This document shows positions 20,204-29,518 of a stretch of DNA of 64,000 nucleotides, in pieces (position 1 is the stretch's first letter; every line of letters starts with the position of its first letter). Below the pieces are notes generated by a model. The model ran no database searches. It had not been told where the DNA came from and saw only the letters and a list, made by a program, of their open reading frames with translations. Source of the DNA: Anaeromyxobacteraceae bacterium. Lineage in GTDB: Bacteria > Myxococcota > Myxococcia > Myxococcales > Anaeromyxobacteraceae. Made by a program: the position numbers and the translations under genes. Location: assembly GCA_032654565.1 (NCBI GenBank), contig JAULAX010000005.1, forward strand, positions 96,001 to 160,000, in the 5' to 3' direction.

Positions 20204-21310
20204 GTGACCCTGGTCGACGAGCTGGCGATCCTGCTCCGCCCCCCCGGCGCCGGCATCCACCTGGTCTCCACCGGCCGCGACGCCCAGGCGGCGCTGGCGC
20301 GGCGCCTGGCCGGGGCGGCCACCGACGCCGAGCTCGAGGCCCGGTGGCGCGGCCAGCTGGGACGCGCCGCCTCGGCGCGCGCCGTGCTGCTCGGCATCCC
20401 CTGCGACGTCGGCGCCGGCTTCCGGCGCGGCGCCAACCTGGCCCCGGCCGCCATCCGCGCCCACCTGCTGGAGCAGGACCCCGGCTGGTTCGAGCGGGCC
20501 CGCGCCGCCGGGCTGGTCGATCTCGGCGACGTCTTCACCGTCCCCCAGCTGCTCCACGACGAGATGCTCTCGGCGTCACAGCTGGCCGCCTCCCGCCGGG
20601 CCCTCTACCCCGGCGTGGCCATCGCCGACGCGCTCCCGGTGTCGCCGCTCTCCATCGCCGAGCGGGTCTTCCGCCAGCTGCTCCGCGCCAGCCCGGGGGT
20701 CCGCCTGCTCACCCTGGGCGGCGACCACTCGGCGGCCTGGCCGGCGGTGGCGGCGCTGGCGGCGGCGCGGCCCGGGCTGGGCGTGGTGCAGCTCGACGCC
20801 CACACCGACCTGCTGCCGGAGCGGCTCGGGGTCCGGCTCTGCTTCGGCACCTGGTCCTTCCACGCCAACGAGCTGCTGGGCCGGGGCGGCCGGCTGGTGC
20901 AGGTGGGGCTGCGCGCCAGCCGCCACGACCGCGGCCACTGGGAGGCCCGCCTCGACGTCCGCCAGGTCTGGGCCGCCGAGGTCCGGCGCGACCCGCGGGC
21001 GGCGCTGGAGCGGGTGGTCTCGCTCTGCCGCGCCGCCGGCGTCACCTCGGTCTACCTCTCCAACGACATCGACGGGCTCGACCCGGCCTTCGCCCCCGGC
21101 ACCGGCACGCCGGAGCCGGACGGCCTCTCCCTGGAGTTCGTGCTGGCGCTGGTGGAGCGGCTGGGGCGCGAGTTCGAGCTGTGCGGCGGGGATGTCATGG
21201 AGGTGGCGCCCGACCTGGCGCCCACCCCGGAGGGGCGGCGGCGCACCCTCGACACGGCGGTGCAGTGCCTCCGGCTCACCGTCGCGGCGGCGCTCGGCAC
21301 CACGCCCTGA
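20204..21310 (+). CDS. Arginase/agmatinase (ureohydrolase) family protein
   Basis: GGDHS, DAHTD, SNDIDG.DP, PGTGTP and EVAP motifs. Confidence 0.9.
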   Translation: MTLVDELAILLRPPGAGIHLVSTGRDAQAALARRLAGAATDAELEARWRGQLGRAASARAVLLGIPCDVGAGFRRGANLAPAAIRAHLLEQDPGWFERARAAGLVDLGDVFTVPQLLHDEMLSASQLAASRRALYPGVAIADALPVSPLSIAERVFRQLLRASPGVRLLTLGGDHSAAWPAVAALAAARPGLGVVQLDAHTDLLPERLGVRLCFGTWSFHANELLGRGGRLVQVGLRASRHDRGHWEARLDVRQVWAAEVRRDPRAALERVVSLCRAAGVTSVYLSNDIDGLDPAFAPGTGTPEPDGLSLEFVLALVERLGREFELCGGDVMEVAPDLAPTPEGRRRTLDTAVQCLRLTVAAALGTTP

Positions 21311-21341
21311 CCCCGGGCCAACGCCCGGCGAGCCCGGGGTC
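21309..21341. terminator. GC-rich hairpin between convergent genes
   Basis: GACCCCGGGC-N13-GCCCGGGGTC, a perfect 10-bp inverted repeat; no U-tract. Confidence 0.45.
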
Positions 21342-21346
21342 CGGCC

Positions 21347-22312
21347 TCACCGGCACCGCCCGGCCTGGAGGTCGGCCAGGGCGTGGACGCTGAACGAGTC
21401 GTCGGGGCGCGCCGAGCCCCGCAGCCCCCGCGCCACCTCCGGCAGCAGGTCGCAGCCGAGGCCGGGGTTCTGCAGCAGCCCCTGGATGACGTTGACGTCG
21501 GTGCTCCGGGCCAGGGCCTGCAGCACGTCCGGGGGGGTGGCGGGATTCCTCGCCAGCCAGTGGTCGAGCCCGGTGATGCGGCGGGGGTTCATGGCGTGGA
21601 GCTGGCGCAGCAGCTCCGGGGGCGTGTGCGGGTGGGCCGCCAGCGCCTGGGAGAAGTAGTCGGGGTTGGCGTGGGTCCGGTGGATCCGGGCCAGGGTGTC
21701 GGCGCGGCAGCCGGGGTTCCTCAGCGCCGTCAGCGTCAGGCTGAGCTCGTCGGGGCGGGCGTGGCGATCCAGGTCCTCGGGGGAGGCGAAGGGGCTGGTC
21801 AGCGCCGCCAGGAGGAACTCGCCGTCGCCGGCGCGCTCGGCGATCAGCGCCGAGAGGGCGGCGGTCTCCTCACCGGGGCGGCGCGCCAGCCGCTCGGCGA
21901 TCAGCGCCTTGCTCCGGTCGATGGCGAGCGAGCGCGCCCGCTGCAGGGCGTCGCGCTCCCGGTTGTGGGAGATGGTCCTGCGCCCGGCGTCCAGCTCCCA
22001 GGCGACGACCGCGAGGGCGCTCGCCAGGCAGACCCAGCCGGCGAGCCGCGCCGTGCGATCGTCGGAGCGCTGCAGGTTCCTCGACACCCAGCCGAGGAAG
22101 CCGGCGACCGCGGCCACCACGGGGAGGAAGAGCAGGCCGATGCCGGCGGTGGACGAGCGGGACTGGAAGATGGCCCAGGCCCCGGCGGCGAGCGCCGCCG
22201 CGAACAGCAGCAGGCTCAGCCACACGCCGCGGCGCCTCCCCCGGGCGAAGAGGACCGCCAGCACCACCAGCCAGGCGGCCGGGACCGCCGCGACGATCAG
22301 CACGAACCCCAC
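21347..22312 (-). CDS. Membrane protein with C-terminal LRV/HEAT-like repeats
   Basis: About four N-terminal hydrophobic helices, then repeated LAxNPxTPPxxLxxL units. Confidence 0.7.
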   Translation of the reverse strand: MGFVLIVAAVPAAWLVVLAVLFARGRRRGVWLSLLLFAAALAAGAWAIFQSRSSTAGIGLLFLPVVAAVAGFLGWVSRNLQRSDDRTARLAGWVCLASALAVVAWELDAGRRTISHNRERDALQRARSLAIDRSKALIAERLARRPGEETAALSALIAERAGDGEFLLAALTSPFASPEDLDRHARPDELSLTLTALRNPGCRADTLARIHRTHANPDYFSQALAAHPHTPPELLRQLHAMNPRRITGLDHWLARNPATPPDVLQALARSTDVNVIQGLLQNPGLGCDLLPEVARGLRGSARPDDSFSVHALADLQAGRCR

Positions 22313-22324
22313 GCGGTACTCCTT

Positions 22325-22361
22325 ACAACACGAAGCCCCGGAGCCGTGAGGCCCCGGGGCT
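22325..22361 (-). terminator. Putative intrinsic terminator
   Basis: Minus strand AGCCCCGGGGCC-TCAC-GGCTCCGGGGCT followed by TCGTGTTGT, just after the 22394 stop. Confidence 0.6.
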
Positions 22362-22393
22362 GGGTGGCCGGACTTCGGCCGACTCGAGTCGAG

Positions 22394-22717
22394 CTAGGCC
22401 TTGGAGGCGGCGGCCTTCTTGGCCGGGGCCACCTGGCCGGTCAGCGCGCCGACGGCCGCGCCGGCGACGGCGCCGAGGACGGCGAAGAGCGAGGCGATGC
22501 CGGTGACGCCGAGCACCATGCCGAAGATGATCAGGCCGCGCACCAGGAAGGTGGGCTGGACCGGGGTGCCGACGATGCCGCCGGCGAGGAGCAGGCCGGC
22601 GTAGCCGCCGTAGAGGATGGCCGGGAGCAGCGCCACCGCGAGGAAGAGGGCGAGGCCGATGCCGGCGCCGACCAGGGTGAAGAGCTTGTTCTGGGCCTTC
22701 GGAGTGTTGACGGTCAT
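22394..22717 (-). CDS. Small hydrophobic membrane protein
   Basis: GGAG RBS; Gly/Ala-rich TM segments (PAILYGGYAGL); strong codon bias. Confidence 0.8.
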   Translation of the reverse strand: MTVNTPKAQNKLFTLVGAGIGLALFLAVALLPAILYGGYAGLLLAGGIVGTPVQPTFLVRGLIIFGMVLGVTGIASLFAVLGAVAGAAVGALTGQVAPAKKAAASKA

Positions 22718-22773
22718 GGTGTTCTCCAGTTCGAGTTCGGCGCCGTGTGTTCGGCCACCCGGGAGCTACCAGG

Positions 22774-22790
22774 TGCAGCGACCTTGCCAA
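22774..22790 (-). promoter_or_regulatory. Putative sigma54 promoter for the 22394-22717 gene
   Basis: Minus strand TTGGCAAGGTCGCTGCA has GG-N10-GC spacing, about 56 nt upstream of the ATG. Confidence 0.65.
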
Positions 22791-22896
22791 GACCGGCCCC
22801 GCCTGATTCCGGGGGGTTGGCGGCCCCGGCGTCGGGAATCCCCGACGGGAGGCCGGGTTGGCCCGACGGCCGGCTCCCTGCTACCCTCCCGGGCCC

Positions 22897-23943
22897 GTGG
22901 ACGCCTTCAAGCCGCACCTCGCCGACGTCGCCGAGTACCCGTATGCGAAGGTCGACGCCCGCATCAAGCTCGACCAGAACGAGAGCCCGGACGACCTGCC
23001 GCCGGAGCAGAAGGCGCTGGCGCTGGCCCGGCTGGCGGCGCTCCCCTGGAACCGCTACCCGGAGCTGCACGCCGAGGACGTCCGCGCCGCGCTGGCCCGC
23101 CACGAGGACTGGCCCGAGGCCGGCGTGGTGCTGGCCCCGGGCTCCAACCTGCTGATCCTGGCGCTGGCCTCGGCGGCCCGCCAGGTGCTCGACACCTCGC
23201 CGGCCTTCCCCTACTACAAGGGGGCGGCGGTCGCCTCGGGCACGCCGTACCGTGCCGTCCCGCTCGGCCCCGGCTTCACGCTGCCGCTCGAAGGGCTGCT
23301 GGCCGCCATGACCGGCCCGCCCGGCCTCCTCTTCCTTCCGGTGCCCCACGCCCCCACCGGCGCCCTCTTCACCACCGGTGACGTGGCGGCGCTGGCCGAG
23401 CGGGCCCGGGCCACCGGCTGGCTGCTGGTGGTCGACGAGGCCTACCAGGCCTTCGCCGGCACCGACGCCCGGCCGCTGGCCCGGCAGAACCCCAGCGTGG
23501 CCATCCTGCGCACCTTCTCCAAGGCCTGGTCGCTGGGCGGGGTCCGCACCGGCTACCTGCTCGGCTCGCCGCGGGTGGCCGCGGTGGCCCGGGCCATGAT
23601 CCCCCCCTTCTGCATCCCGGCCACCACCGGCGTCATCCTGCAGGCGGCGCTGGAGCGGCCCGGCTACGTGGCCGCCCTGGTGGAGCGGATCCGCGGCGAG
23701 CGGGCGCGGCTCTCGGCCGGGCTGGCCGCGGCGCAGCCGCGCTGGACGGTCTACCCCTCGGCCGCCAACTACCTGCTGGTGCGGACCCCCGACGCCAGGG
23801 CGGCCTTCGACCACCTGCTCGCGCGCGGCCTGCTGGTGCGGCGCCAGGACCACTACCCCGGCCTGGAGGGCTGCCTCCGCATCTCGGTGGGCACGGCCGC
23901 CGAGAACGACGCGCTGCTGGCGGCGGCGCGCGAGGCGCCGTGA
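22897..23943 (+). CDS. hisC: Histidinol-phosphate aminotransferase family (class II PLP)
   Basis: KLDQNESP, NRYP, VDEAY, RTFSKAWSLGGVRTGY, LRISVG. Confidence 0.8.
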   Translation: MDAFKPHLADVAEYPYAKVDARIKLDQNESPDDLPPEQKALALARLAALPWNRYPELHAEDVRAALARHEDWPEAGVVLAPGSNLLILALASAARQVLDTSPAFPYYKGAAVASGTPYRAVPLGPGFTLPLEGLLAAMTGPPGLLFLPVPHAPTGALFTTGDVAALAERARATGWLLVVDEAYQAFAGTDARPLARQNPSVAILRTFSKAWSLGGVRTGYLLGSPRVAAVARAMIPPFCIPATTGVILQAALERPGYVAALVERIRGERARLSAGLAAAQPRWTVYPSAANYLLVRTPDARAAFDHLLARGLLVRRQDHYPGLEGCLRISVGTAAENDALLAAAREAP

Positions 23944-23980
23944 GCGCCCCGCTTCCGGCGGCGACCCGACGGCGGACGCC

Positions 23981-24598
23981 GTGACCGCGACGCCGGCCCC
24001 GGGGACCGTCCGCCACTCCTGGTTCGAGGACGCCCAGGCCCTCTTCACCGCCTCGCTCTTCATCTCGCTCGGCTACGGCCTGCTCTCGCAGGCCCACCTG
24101 CTCTCCGGCGGCACCGCCGGGGTGGCGCTGCTGCTCACCCGGCTCACCCCCTTCAGCTTCGGCCAGCTCTTCGTGGCCCTCAACCTCCCCTTCTTCTGGC
24201 TGGCGGTCCGCCAGATGGGCTGGGCCTTCACGGTGAAGACCTTCGTGGCCATCGGCGCCGTCTCGCTCTGCGCCGACCAGCTCCACCACGTGCTGGCCTT
24301 CGACCGGGTCGAGCCGCTCTACGCCGCGGTCATGGGCGGCTCCTGCATCGGCATCGGCCTGCTCATCCTCTTCCGCCACCAGGCCTGCCTGGGCGGCCTG
24401 AACGTGCTGGCCATCTGGTTGCAGGAGCGGCGCGGGGTGCGGGCCGGCGTCTTCCAGCTGGTGGTCGACGCCCTGGTGGTGGTGGCCTCGCTGCTGGTGG
24501 TGCCGCCGCGCACCATCCTGCTCTCGGTGATCGGCTCGGTGGCGCTCAACATGGTGCTGGCGGTGAACCACCGCCCCGGGCGCTACCTGGGGACGTGA
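23981..24598 (+). CDS. YitT family membrane protein
   Basis: HSWFED, GGTAGVALL, NLPF, LGGLNVL and NHRPGRY motifs. Confidence 0.85.
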   Translation: MTATPAPGTVRHSWFEDAQALFTASLFISLGYGLLSQAHLLSGGTAGVALLLTRLTPFSFGQLFVALNLPFFWLAVRQMGWAFTVKTFVAIGAVSLCADQLHHVLAFDRVEPLYAAVMGGSCIGIGLLILFRHQACLGGLNVLAIWLQERRGVRAGVFQLVVDALVVVASLLVVPPRTILLSVIGSVALNMVLAVNHRPGRYLGT

Positions 24599-24635
24599 GC
24601 GGCGGCCGCGCCCGCGGCCAGTCTCGCCGCCGCCC

Positions 24636-25166
24636 TCAGCCGGCCAGCCGCCGCCACTCGCCCACCGCCCGGAGCGCCAGCCAGGCGCCGAAGAGCGCGG
24701 CCACGCCCCCCTGCAGCAGGGCCCGGCCCGACCCGGCCTCCATGGCCTCGAGCCCGGCCAGCCCGACCGGCAGCCCGGCGGCCGCCACCGCGGCGAAGGC
24801 CACCGCCGCCACGGTGAGCAGCACCGCCTCCGCCGCGTCCTCGTGGCGCCCCCGCGGCACGCTGACGAAGCGCTCCAGCACGAAGAGCGCCGCCCCGCCG
24901 GCCAGCACCATCACCAGCCCGAACTGGACCAGCTCGCCGAAGGCGTCCTCCACCAGCGCCCCGGCGCAGGTGGCCTGGCGGCGGTGGAGCCGGGTCAGCT
25001 CGGCGCAGCGCTGCACCGAGAGCTCGCCGACGTGGGCCCGGCCGTCCCCGGTGAAGTAGTCCATCCCGGTCCTCCAGCTGAGCGGCTCGGCCAGCAGGCC
25101 GGAGAGCCCGGCGGCCAGCACCGCCAGTGCGCCGAGGCGCAGGAGGTGGACCAGGAGGAAGCGCAT
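24636..25166 (-). CDS. Hypothetical membrane protein
   Basis: [10 protein letters not shown]; four hydrophobic segments; one Cys pair in a loop. Confidence 0.65.
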   Translation of the reverse strand: MRFLLVHLLRLGALAVLAAGLSGLLAEPLSWRTGMDYFTGDGRAHVGELSVQRCAELTRLHRRQATCAGALVEDAFGELVQFGLVMVLAGGAALFVLERFVSVPRGRHEDAAEAVLLTVAAVAFAAVAAAGLPVGLAGLEAMEAGSGRALLQGGVAALFGAWLALRAVGEWRRLAG

Positions 25167-25214
25167 GGCCTCTCCATCCCTCGCGGATGGGCAGGCGTCA
25201 AGGTGCCCAGGACC

Positions 25215-25562
25215 TCAGCTGCACTTCCAGAGGATCTTGGTGCAGGCCGCCGCCCTGGCGGCGTTGTAGTAGGAGGTGCAGGTGGCCGAGCTGCTGCCGC
25301 TGTAGATGAAGGTGGCGCCGCCGGCGCAGCCGCTGCCGTTGACGTAGAAGGACGAGCCCCCTCCCCCGCCGCCGGTGCAGCATTGCACGCCGTCCTTCGA
25401 GGCCGAGCAGGTGCCGCCGCTGTTGCAGGAGTACGGGGCGTCGCAGGAGTAGCAGCTCCCGCTGTTGCCGCGACAGCTCTCGCCCTGGCTGCACTTCGGC
25501 TCGGCCAGGCCGCAGGCCGAGAGACCCAGCACCACCACCACGGCCGCGATCAATCTGCCCAC
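25215..25562 (-). CDS. Small cysteine-rich lipoprotein
   Basis: GAGGAGG RBS, GTG start, lipobox LSAC and 12 further Cys. Confidence 0.8.
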   Translation of the reverse strand: MGRLIAAVVVVLGLSACGLAEPKCSQGESCRGNSGSCYSCDAPYSCNSGGTCSASKDGVQCCTGGGGGGSSFYVNGSGCAGGATFIYSGSSSATCTSYYNAARAAACTKILWKCS

Positions 25563-25872
25563 GTGATCCTCCTCGCGCTGCAGGCCCCTCCTCCACGGAC
25601 GGTCAAGGCCCGGCACCGACACGGAGGACGCTGCCATGGTCGACCCGGGGGCCGCAAGCGTAGGAATTTGCCTACCGGCGGGGCGTTGGTGCGCGGGGAG
25701 CGCCAGGCGGGTCGCCGTGTCCTGTGAACGTGGGGCAGGCTTCGCGCCCCCGGCCGCACCTGCTCACGGAGGAGACCTGCCGGCCCCACCGCGTCACGGG
25801 CAGGGCGGCCCGGGCCTCCCGACCCTCACCCGGATCCCCTGCGAGGCGCCGCGCCGGCGTACACTCCACCCC

Positions 25873-26490
25873 ATGCGCCGCCTCCTCTCGCTGCTCGCGG
25901 TGGGCCTCGGCCTCGGCCTCGGGCTCTTCCTGGCCTGGCGGCTGCTGGCCCCGCGCCCGGCCCCGCCGCCGGATCCACCGGCGCTGGTCGAGAAGATCCG
26001 GCAGGTGGCCCGGCTGGAGGTGCTGGAGGTCCGGCTCTACAAGAAGGTCACCTTCGCCCCGGAGCCGCAGCCGGCCGACTCGATCTGGGGCGACCTGGCC
26101 GGCTGGGCCCGCCACGCGCTGGCGCGTCCGCGCGCCAAGGCCATCGTCTTCGCCGTGGCCCACGTCGGGCTCGACGTCTCGAAGCTGGGGCCGGAGCAGC
26201 TGGAGGTCCGCGACCGGGTGGTGTCGCTGGTGCTCCCGCCGCTGGTCACCCGCGTCGAGCTGCTCCCCGGCGAGACCGAGGTGATCGGCTCCAACCTCGA
26301 CTCGGCCGACACCGCCCGGCTGCTGGAGCTGGCCAAGGTGGCCTTCGAGCGCGAGGTGCAGGCCGACCGCGGGCTGCAGGGCAAGGCCCGGGCCGCCGCC
26401 GAGCAGGCGCTCACCGCCCTGCTGCTGCAGGTGGGCCTGGTCCGGGTGGAGTTCGTGGAGACGCTGCCTGGCCGGGGACCGAGGTCGTGA
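25873..26490 (+). CDS. DUF4230-like protein with an N-terminal membrane anchor
   Basis: N-terminal TM helix; ARLEVLE, AHVGLDVSKL and VSLVLPP pattern. Confidence 0.7.
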   Translation: MRRLLSLLAVGLGLGLGLFLAWRLLAPRPAPPPDPPALVEKIRQVARLEVLEVRLYKKVTFAPEPQPADSIWGDLAGWARHALARPRAKAIVFAVAHVGLDVSKLGPEQLEVRDRVVSLVLPPLVTRVELLPGETEVIGSNLDSADTARLLELAKVAFEREVQADRGLQGKARAAAEQALTALLLQVGLVRVEFVETLPGRGPRS

Positions 26491-27728
26491 CCGCGCCGGA
26501 ATCCGCCCCCGGGAGCGACCCGCTTCCCCTGGCCGGGGTGCGGGTCCTCGACCTCTCGCGGCTCCTCCCCGGCCCCTACGCCTCGCTGGTGCTGGCCGAC
26601 CTGGGCGCCGACGTGGTCAAGGTGGAGGAGCCGGCCGGCGGCGACTACCTGCGCTGGATGCCGCCCCTGGCCGGCCAGCAGTCCGGGGCCTTCCACGCCC
26701 TCAACCGGAACAAGCGCAGCCTGGCGCTCGACCTCAAGGCCCCCGGTGGCCCCGCCGCGCTGCTGCGGCTGGCGGCCGGCGCCGACGTGCTGCTGGAGTC
26801 CTTCCGGCCCGGCGTGCTCGACCGGCTCGGGGTGGGCTGGGAGGCGCTGCGCCAGGCCAACCCGCGCCTGGTGCTCTGCTCCATCAGCGGCTTCGGGCAG
26901 CAGGGGCCCTACCGCGGGCTGGCCGGCCACGACCTCGACTACTGCGCCATCGCCGGGGTGCTGGCGGTGAACGGCCCGGCGGACCGGCCGCTGCCGCTCG
27001 GCGTGCAGGTGGCCGACCTGTGCGGCGGGGCCTGGCCGGCGGTGGCCGGCATCCTCGCCGCGCTGCTGCGCCGGGGCGTCACCGGGGTCGGGGCGCACGT
27101 CGACATCGCCATGGCCGACGGCGTCGCCGCCATGCTGGCCATGCCCCAGGCCATGGCCGACGCCCGCGGCGCCCCGCTCCGCCGCGAGCGTGAGCTGCTC
27201 AACGGCGGCGCCGCCTGCTACCGGGTCTACGCCACCGCCGACGGCCGCCACGTGGCGCTGGGGGCGCTGGAGCCGCAGTTCTTCGCCCGCTTCTGCGCCG
27301 CGGCCGGGCGGCCCGAGCTGGCCGAGCGGCAGTACGACGACGACGGCCGCGGGCCGGTCGAGGAGCTCACCGCCCTCTTCGCCAGCCGCACCCGCGACCA
27401 CTGGGCCCGCCTCGGCCACCAGCACGACTGCTGCCTGGCGCCGGTGCTCAGCGGCGACGAGCCCAGGGCCGACCCGCAGCTGCGCGCCCGCGGCCTCTTC
27501 CTCGAGGTGGAGACGCCCTGGGAGGGGAGGTCGCTGCCGTCGCTGGCCACCCCGGTGCGGCTGGCCGGGGTGACCGCGCCCCGGCGACCGGCGCCGCGGC
27601 TGGGCGAGGACACCGACGACGTGCTGCGCCAGGCCGGGTTCTCGGCGGAGGAGCGGTCCTCGCTGCGGGCGGCCGGCGTGGTCGGCGCCCCGGACGAGCC
27701 GGTGCCCCCGCGGAGCCGGCTGGGCTAG
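26487..27728 (+). CDS. CaiB/BaiF family III CoA-transferase
   Basis: GVRVLDLSRLLPGP, LNRNKRS, ESFRPGV, AGHDLDY. Confidence 0.93.
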   Translation: MTAPESAPGSDPLPLAGVRVLDLSRLLPGPYASLVLADLGADVVKVEEPAGGDYLRWMPPLAGQQSGAFHALNRNKRSLALDLKAPGGPAALLRLAAGADVLLESFRPGVLDRLGVGWEALRQANPRLVLCSISGFGQQGPYRGLAGHDLDYCAIAGVLAVNGPADRPLPLGVQVADLCGGAWPAVAGILAALLRRGVTGVGAHVDIAMADGVAAMLAMPQAMADARGAPLRRERELLNGGAACYRVYATADGRHVALGALEPQFFARFCAAAGRPELAERQYDDDGRGPVEELTALFASRTRDHWARLGHQHDCCLAPVLSGDEPRADPQLRARGLFLEVETPWEGRSLPSLATPVRLAGVTAPRRPAPRLGEDTDDVLRQAGFSAEERSSLRAAGVVGAPDEPVPPRSRLG

Positions 27729-27782
27729 AGTGTCCGCACCCGTGGTGGCACCCGCTCCCGCCGCACCGTACCTGGAGGTCCC

Positions 27783-28517
27783 GTGATCCTGCCGAGAACG
27801 CTGCTCCGCGCTGCCCTGCTCCTGGCCCTGCTCCCCGGCCTCGCCGTCGCCGCCCCGACCAAGGAGGGCAAGGCCAAGAAGCCACGGCTCGCCATCCTCG
27901 ACTTCCCGGCCATCCACGGCGCCTACTCCCACTGCAGCGGGTGGGGCAACAACTCCTCGGCCATGTCCGACGCGCTCCGCGAGCTCTTCACCACCGAGAT
28001 CATGGAGAAGGCCAACGGCCGGATCCGGCTGGTGGAGCGGGCCCGGCTCAAGGAGATCCGCTCCGAGCTGGAGTTCCAGAAGTCGGACGAGGTCGACCCC
28101 TCGTCGGCGCAGAAGGCCGGCAAGCTGCTGGGGGCCAGGTACGTCCTCACCGGAAAGATCACCCGCTTCGCCTGCAAGGTGAGCGAGGCCGGCACCGGCT
28201 GGGGCGTGGGCGCGCTGGTCGGCAAGGTGACCGGCAGCGGGCTGGCCGGCTCGGTGGCCGGCAGCGTCAACGTCAAGAACGTCAACTTCACCGGCCGGCT
28301 CGACGCCCGGCTCATCGAGGTGGAGACCGGCGAGATCCTGGTCGCCTTCAAGGACGAGAACGAGACCGGCAACACCTCGGCCAAGGTGGCCGGCACCGGC
28401 GGCGGCGTGCAGTACGACGACGAGCTGGCCAACAAGGTCTTCGAGCCGCTGGTGGCCAAGATGTCGGCCAAGATCATCAAGAAGACGGTGGCCGCCTCCG
28501 AGGACGAGGACGAGTAG
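27783..28517 (+). CDS. CsgG/HfaB family exported protein
   Basis: Signal peptide; LAILDF, LVERARL, GKLLGARYVLTGKIT, DARLIEVETGEI. Confidence 0.8.
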   Translation: MILPRTLLRAALLLALLPGLAVAAPTKEGKAKKPRLAILDFPAIHGAYSHCSGWGNNSSAMSDALRELFTTEIMEKANGRIRLVERARLKEIRSELEFQKSDEVDPSSAQKAGKLLGARYVLTGKITRFACKVSEAGTGWGVGALVGKVTGSGLAGSVAGSVNVKNVNFTGRLDARLIEVETGEILVAFKDENETGNTSAKVAGTGGGVQYDDELANKVFEPLVAKMSAKIIKKTVAASEDEDE

Positions 28518-28521
28518 CCAG

Positions 28522-29493
28522 GTGCTGGCCCTGCTGCTGGCCGCGGCGCTGGCCTCCCCGCCGGCGCCGCTCAAGATCGCCACCCTGCAGCTGGAGGGGG
28601 CCGGCGTGCCCGAGGGCATGGCGGCCTCGGCCACCGTGCTGGTGCCCACCGAGGTGCGCCGGGCCCGGCCCGACGCCGAGGTGATCTCCTCAGAGGACGT
28701 CCGCTCGCTGCTCTCGCACCAGAAGAACCGGCTGATGCTCGGCTGCGGCACCGACGCCGCCTGCCTGGCCGACCTCGGCGGCGTGCTCGGGGTCGACGAG
28801 ATCGTGGCCGGGCGGATCGGCCGGCTCGGCGAGACCTGGGTGCTGGAGCTGCGCCGGCTCGACGTCAAGCAGGCCCGCAACGTCGGCTCGGTGACCCGGG
28901 CGGTGCGGAGCGCCGAGGCGCTGGTGGGGGCGGTCCGCTCCGCCACCGCCGAGCTCTTCGCCACCCCGGCGGCCGCGGGCGGCGCCGGGGCGATGGCGGC
29001 TGGCGCGTCCGCCGCCGGGGCTCCGGGGTCGGGGGCGCCCTCGAGGACCGGGGCGGGCGGTGCCGGGGCCACCGCCGGGGGAGCCGCCGAGCCGGGCGCG
29101 CCGCCGGTGCGGCAGCCCGACGACCCCTCGCTGCCGGGGCCGAGCCTGGTCAAGGACGAGCTCGACCTGGTGCCGCTCGACTACAAGGGGACGCGCCACC
29201 GGGCCGTCTACGACCTGGTGAGGAGGGTGATCGTGGGGGGCGGCTTCCCGCTCGAGCGGGAGCGGCTCGACGACGACGCCGCGCTCTCGCTGCGGACCGA
29301 GTGGACCTCCATCGAGCGGGGGCGGCGGCTCCGCTTCCGGGCCCGGGTCGACGGGCGGGTGGCGCTGGACCTCGACCGCGAGCGCTGCGACGACTCCGGC
29401 TGCCGCGAGACCGACACCCTCTCCCGCGGCGAGCAGCAGCTGGCCGCCGGCGTCTACGCCGTGCTCCGCGCCCAGCTGGTGCTGGTCCGGTAG
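28522..29493 (+). CDS. Exported hypothetical protein (N-terminal TolB-N/CsgG-like domain, Ala/Gly linker, C-terminal domain)
   Basis: GCxxxxCLADLGGVLGVDEIVAGRIGRLG pattern; low-complexity linker. Confidence 0.65.
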   Translation: MLALLLAAALASPPAPLKIATLQLEGAGVPEGMAASATVLVPTEVRRARPDAEVISSEDVRSLLSHQKNRLMLGCGTDAACLADLGGVLGVDEIVAGRIGRLGETWVLELRRLDVKQARNVGSVTRAVRSAEALVGAVRSATAELFATPAAAGGAGAMAAGASAAGAPGSGAPSRTGAGGAGATAGGAAEPGAPPVRQPDDPSLPGPSLVKDELDLVPLDYKGTRHRAVYDLVRRVIVGGGFPLERERLDDDAALSLRTEWTSIERGRRLRFRARVDGRVALDLDRERCDDSGCRETDTLSRGEQQLAAGVYAVLRAQLVLVR

Positions 29494-29518
29494 TCTCGCC
29501 GGCCGGCCGCCCCGGGCC

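Noticed and set aside
27783..28517. Curli biogenesis operon
   Set aside because: No curlin-repeat subunits or csgE/F-like genes in the window.
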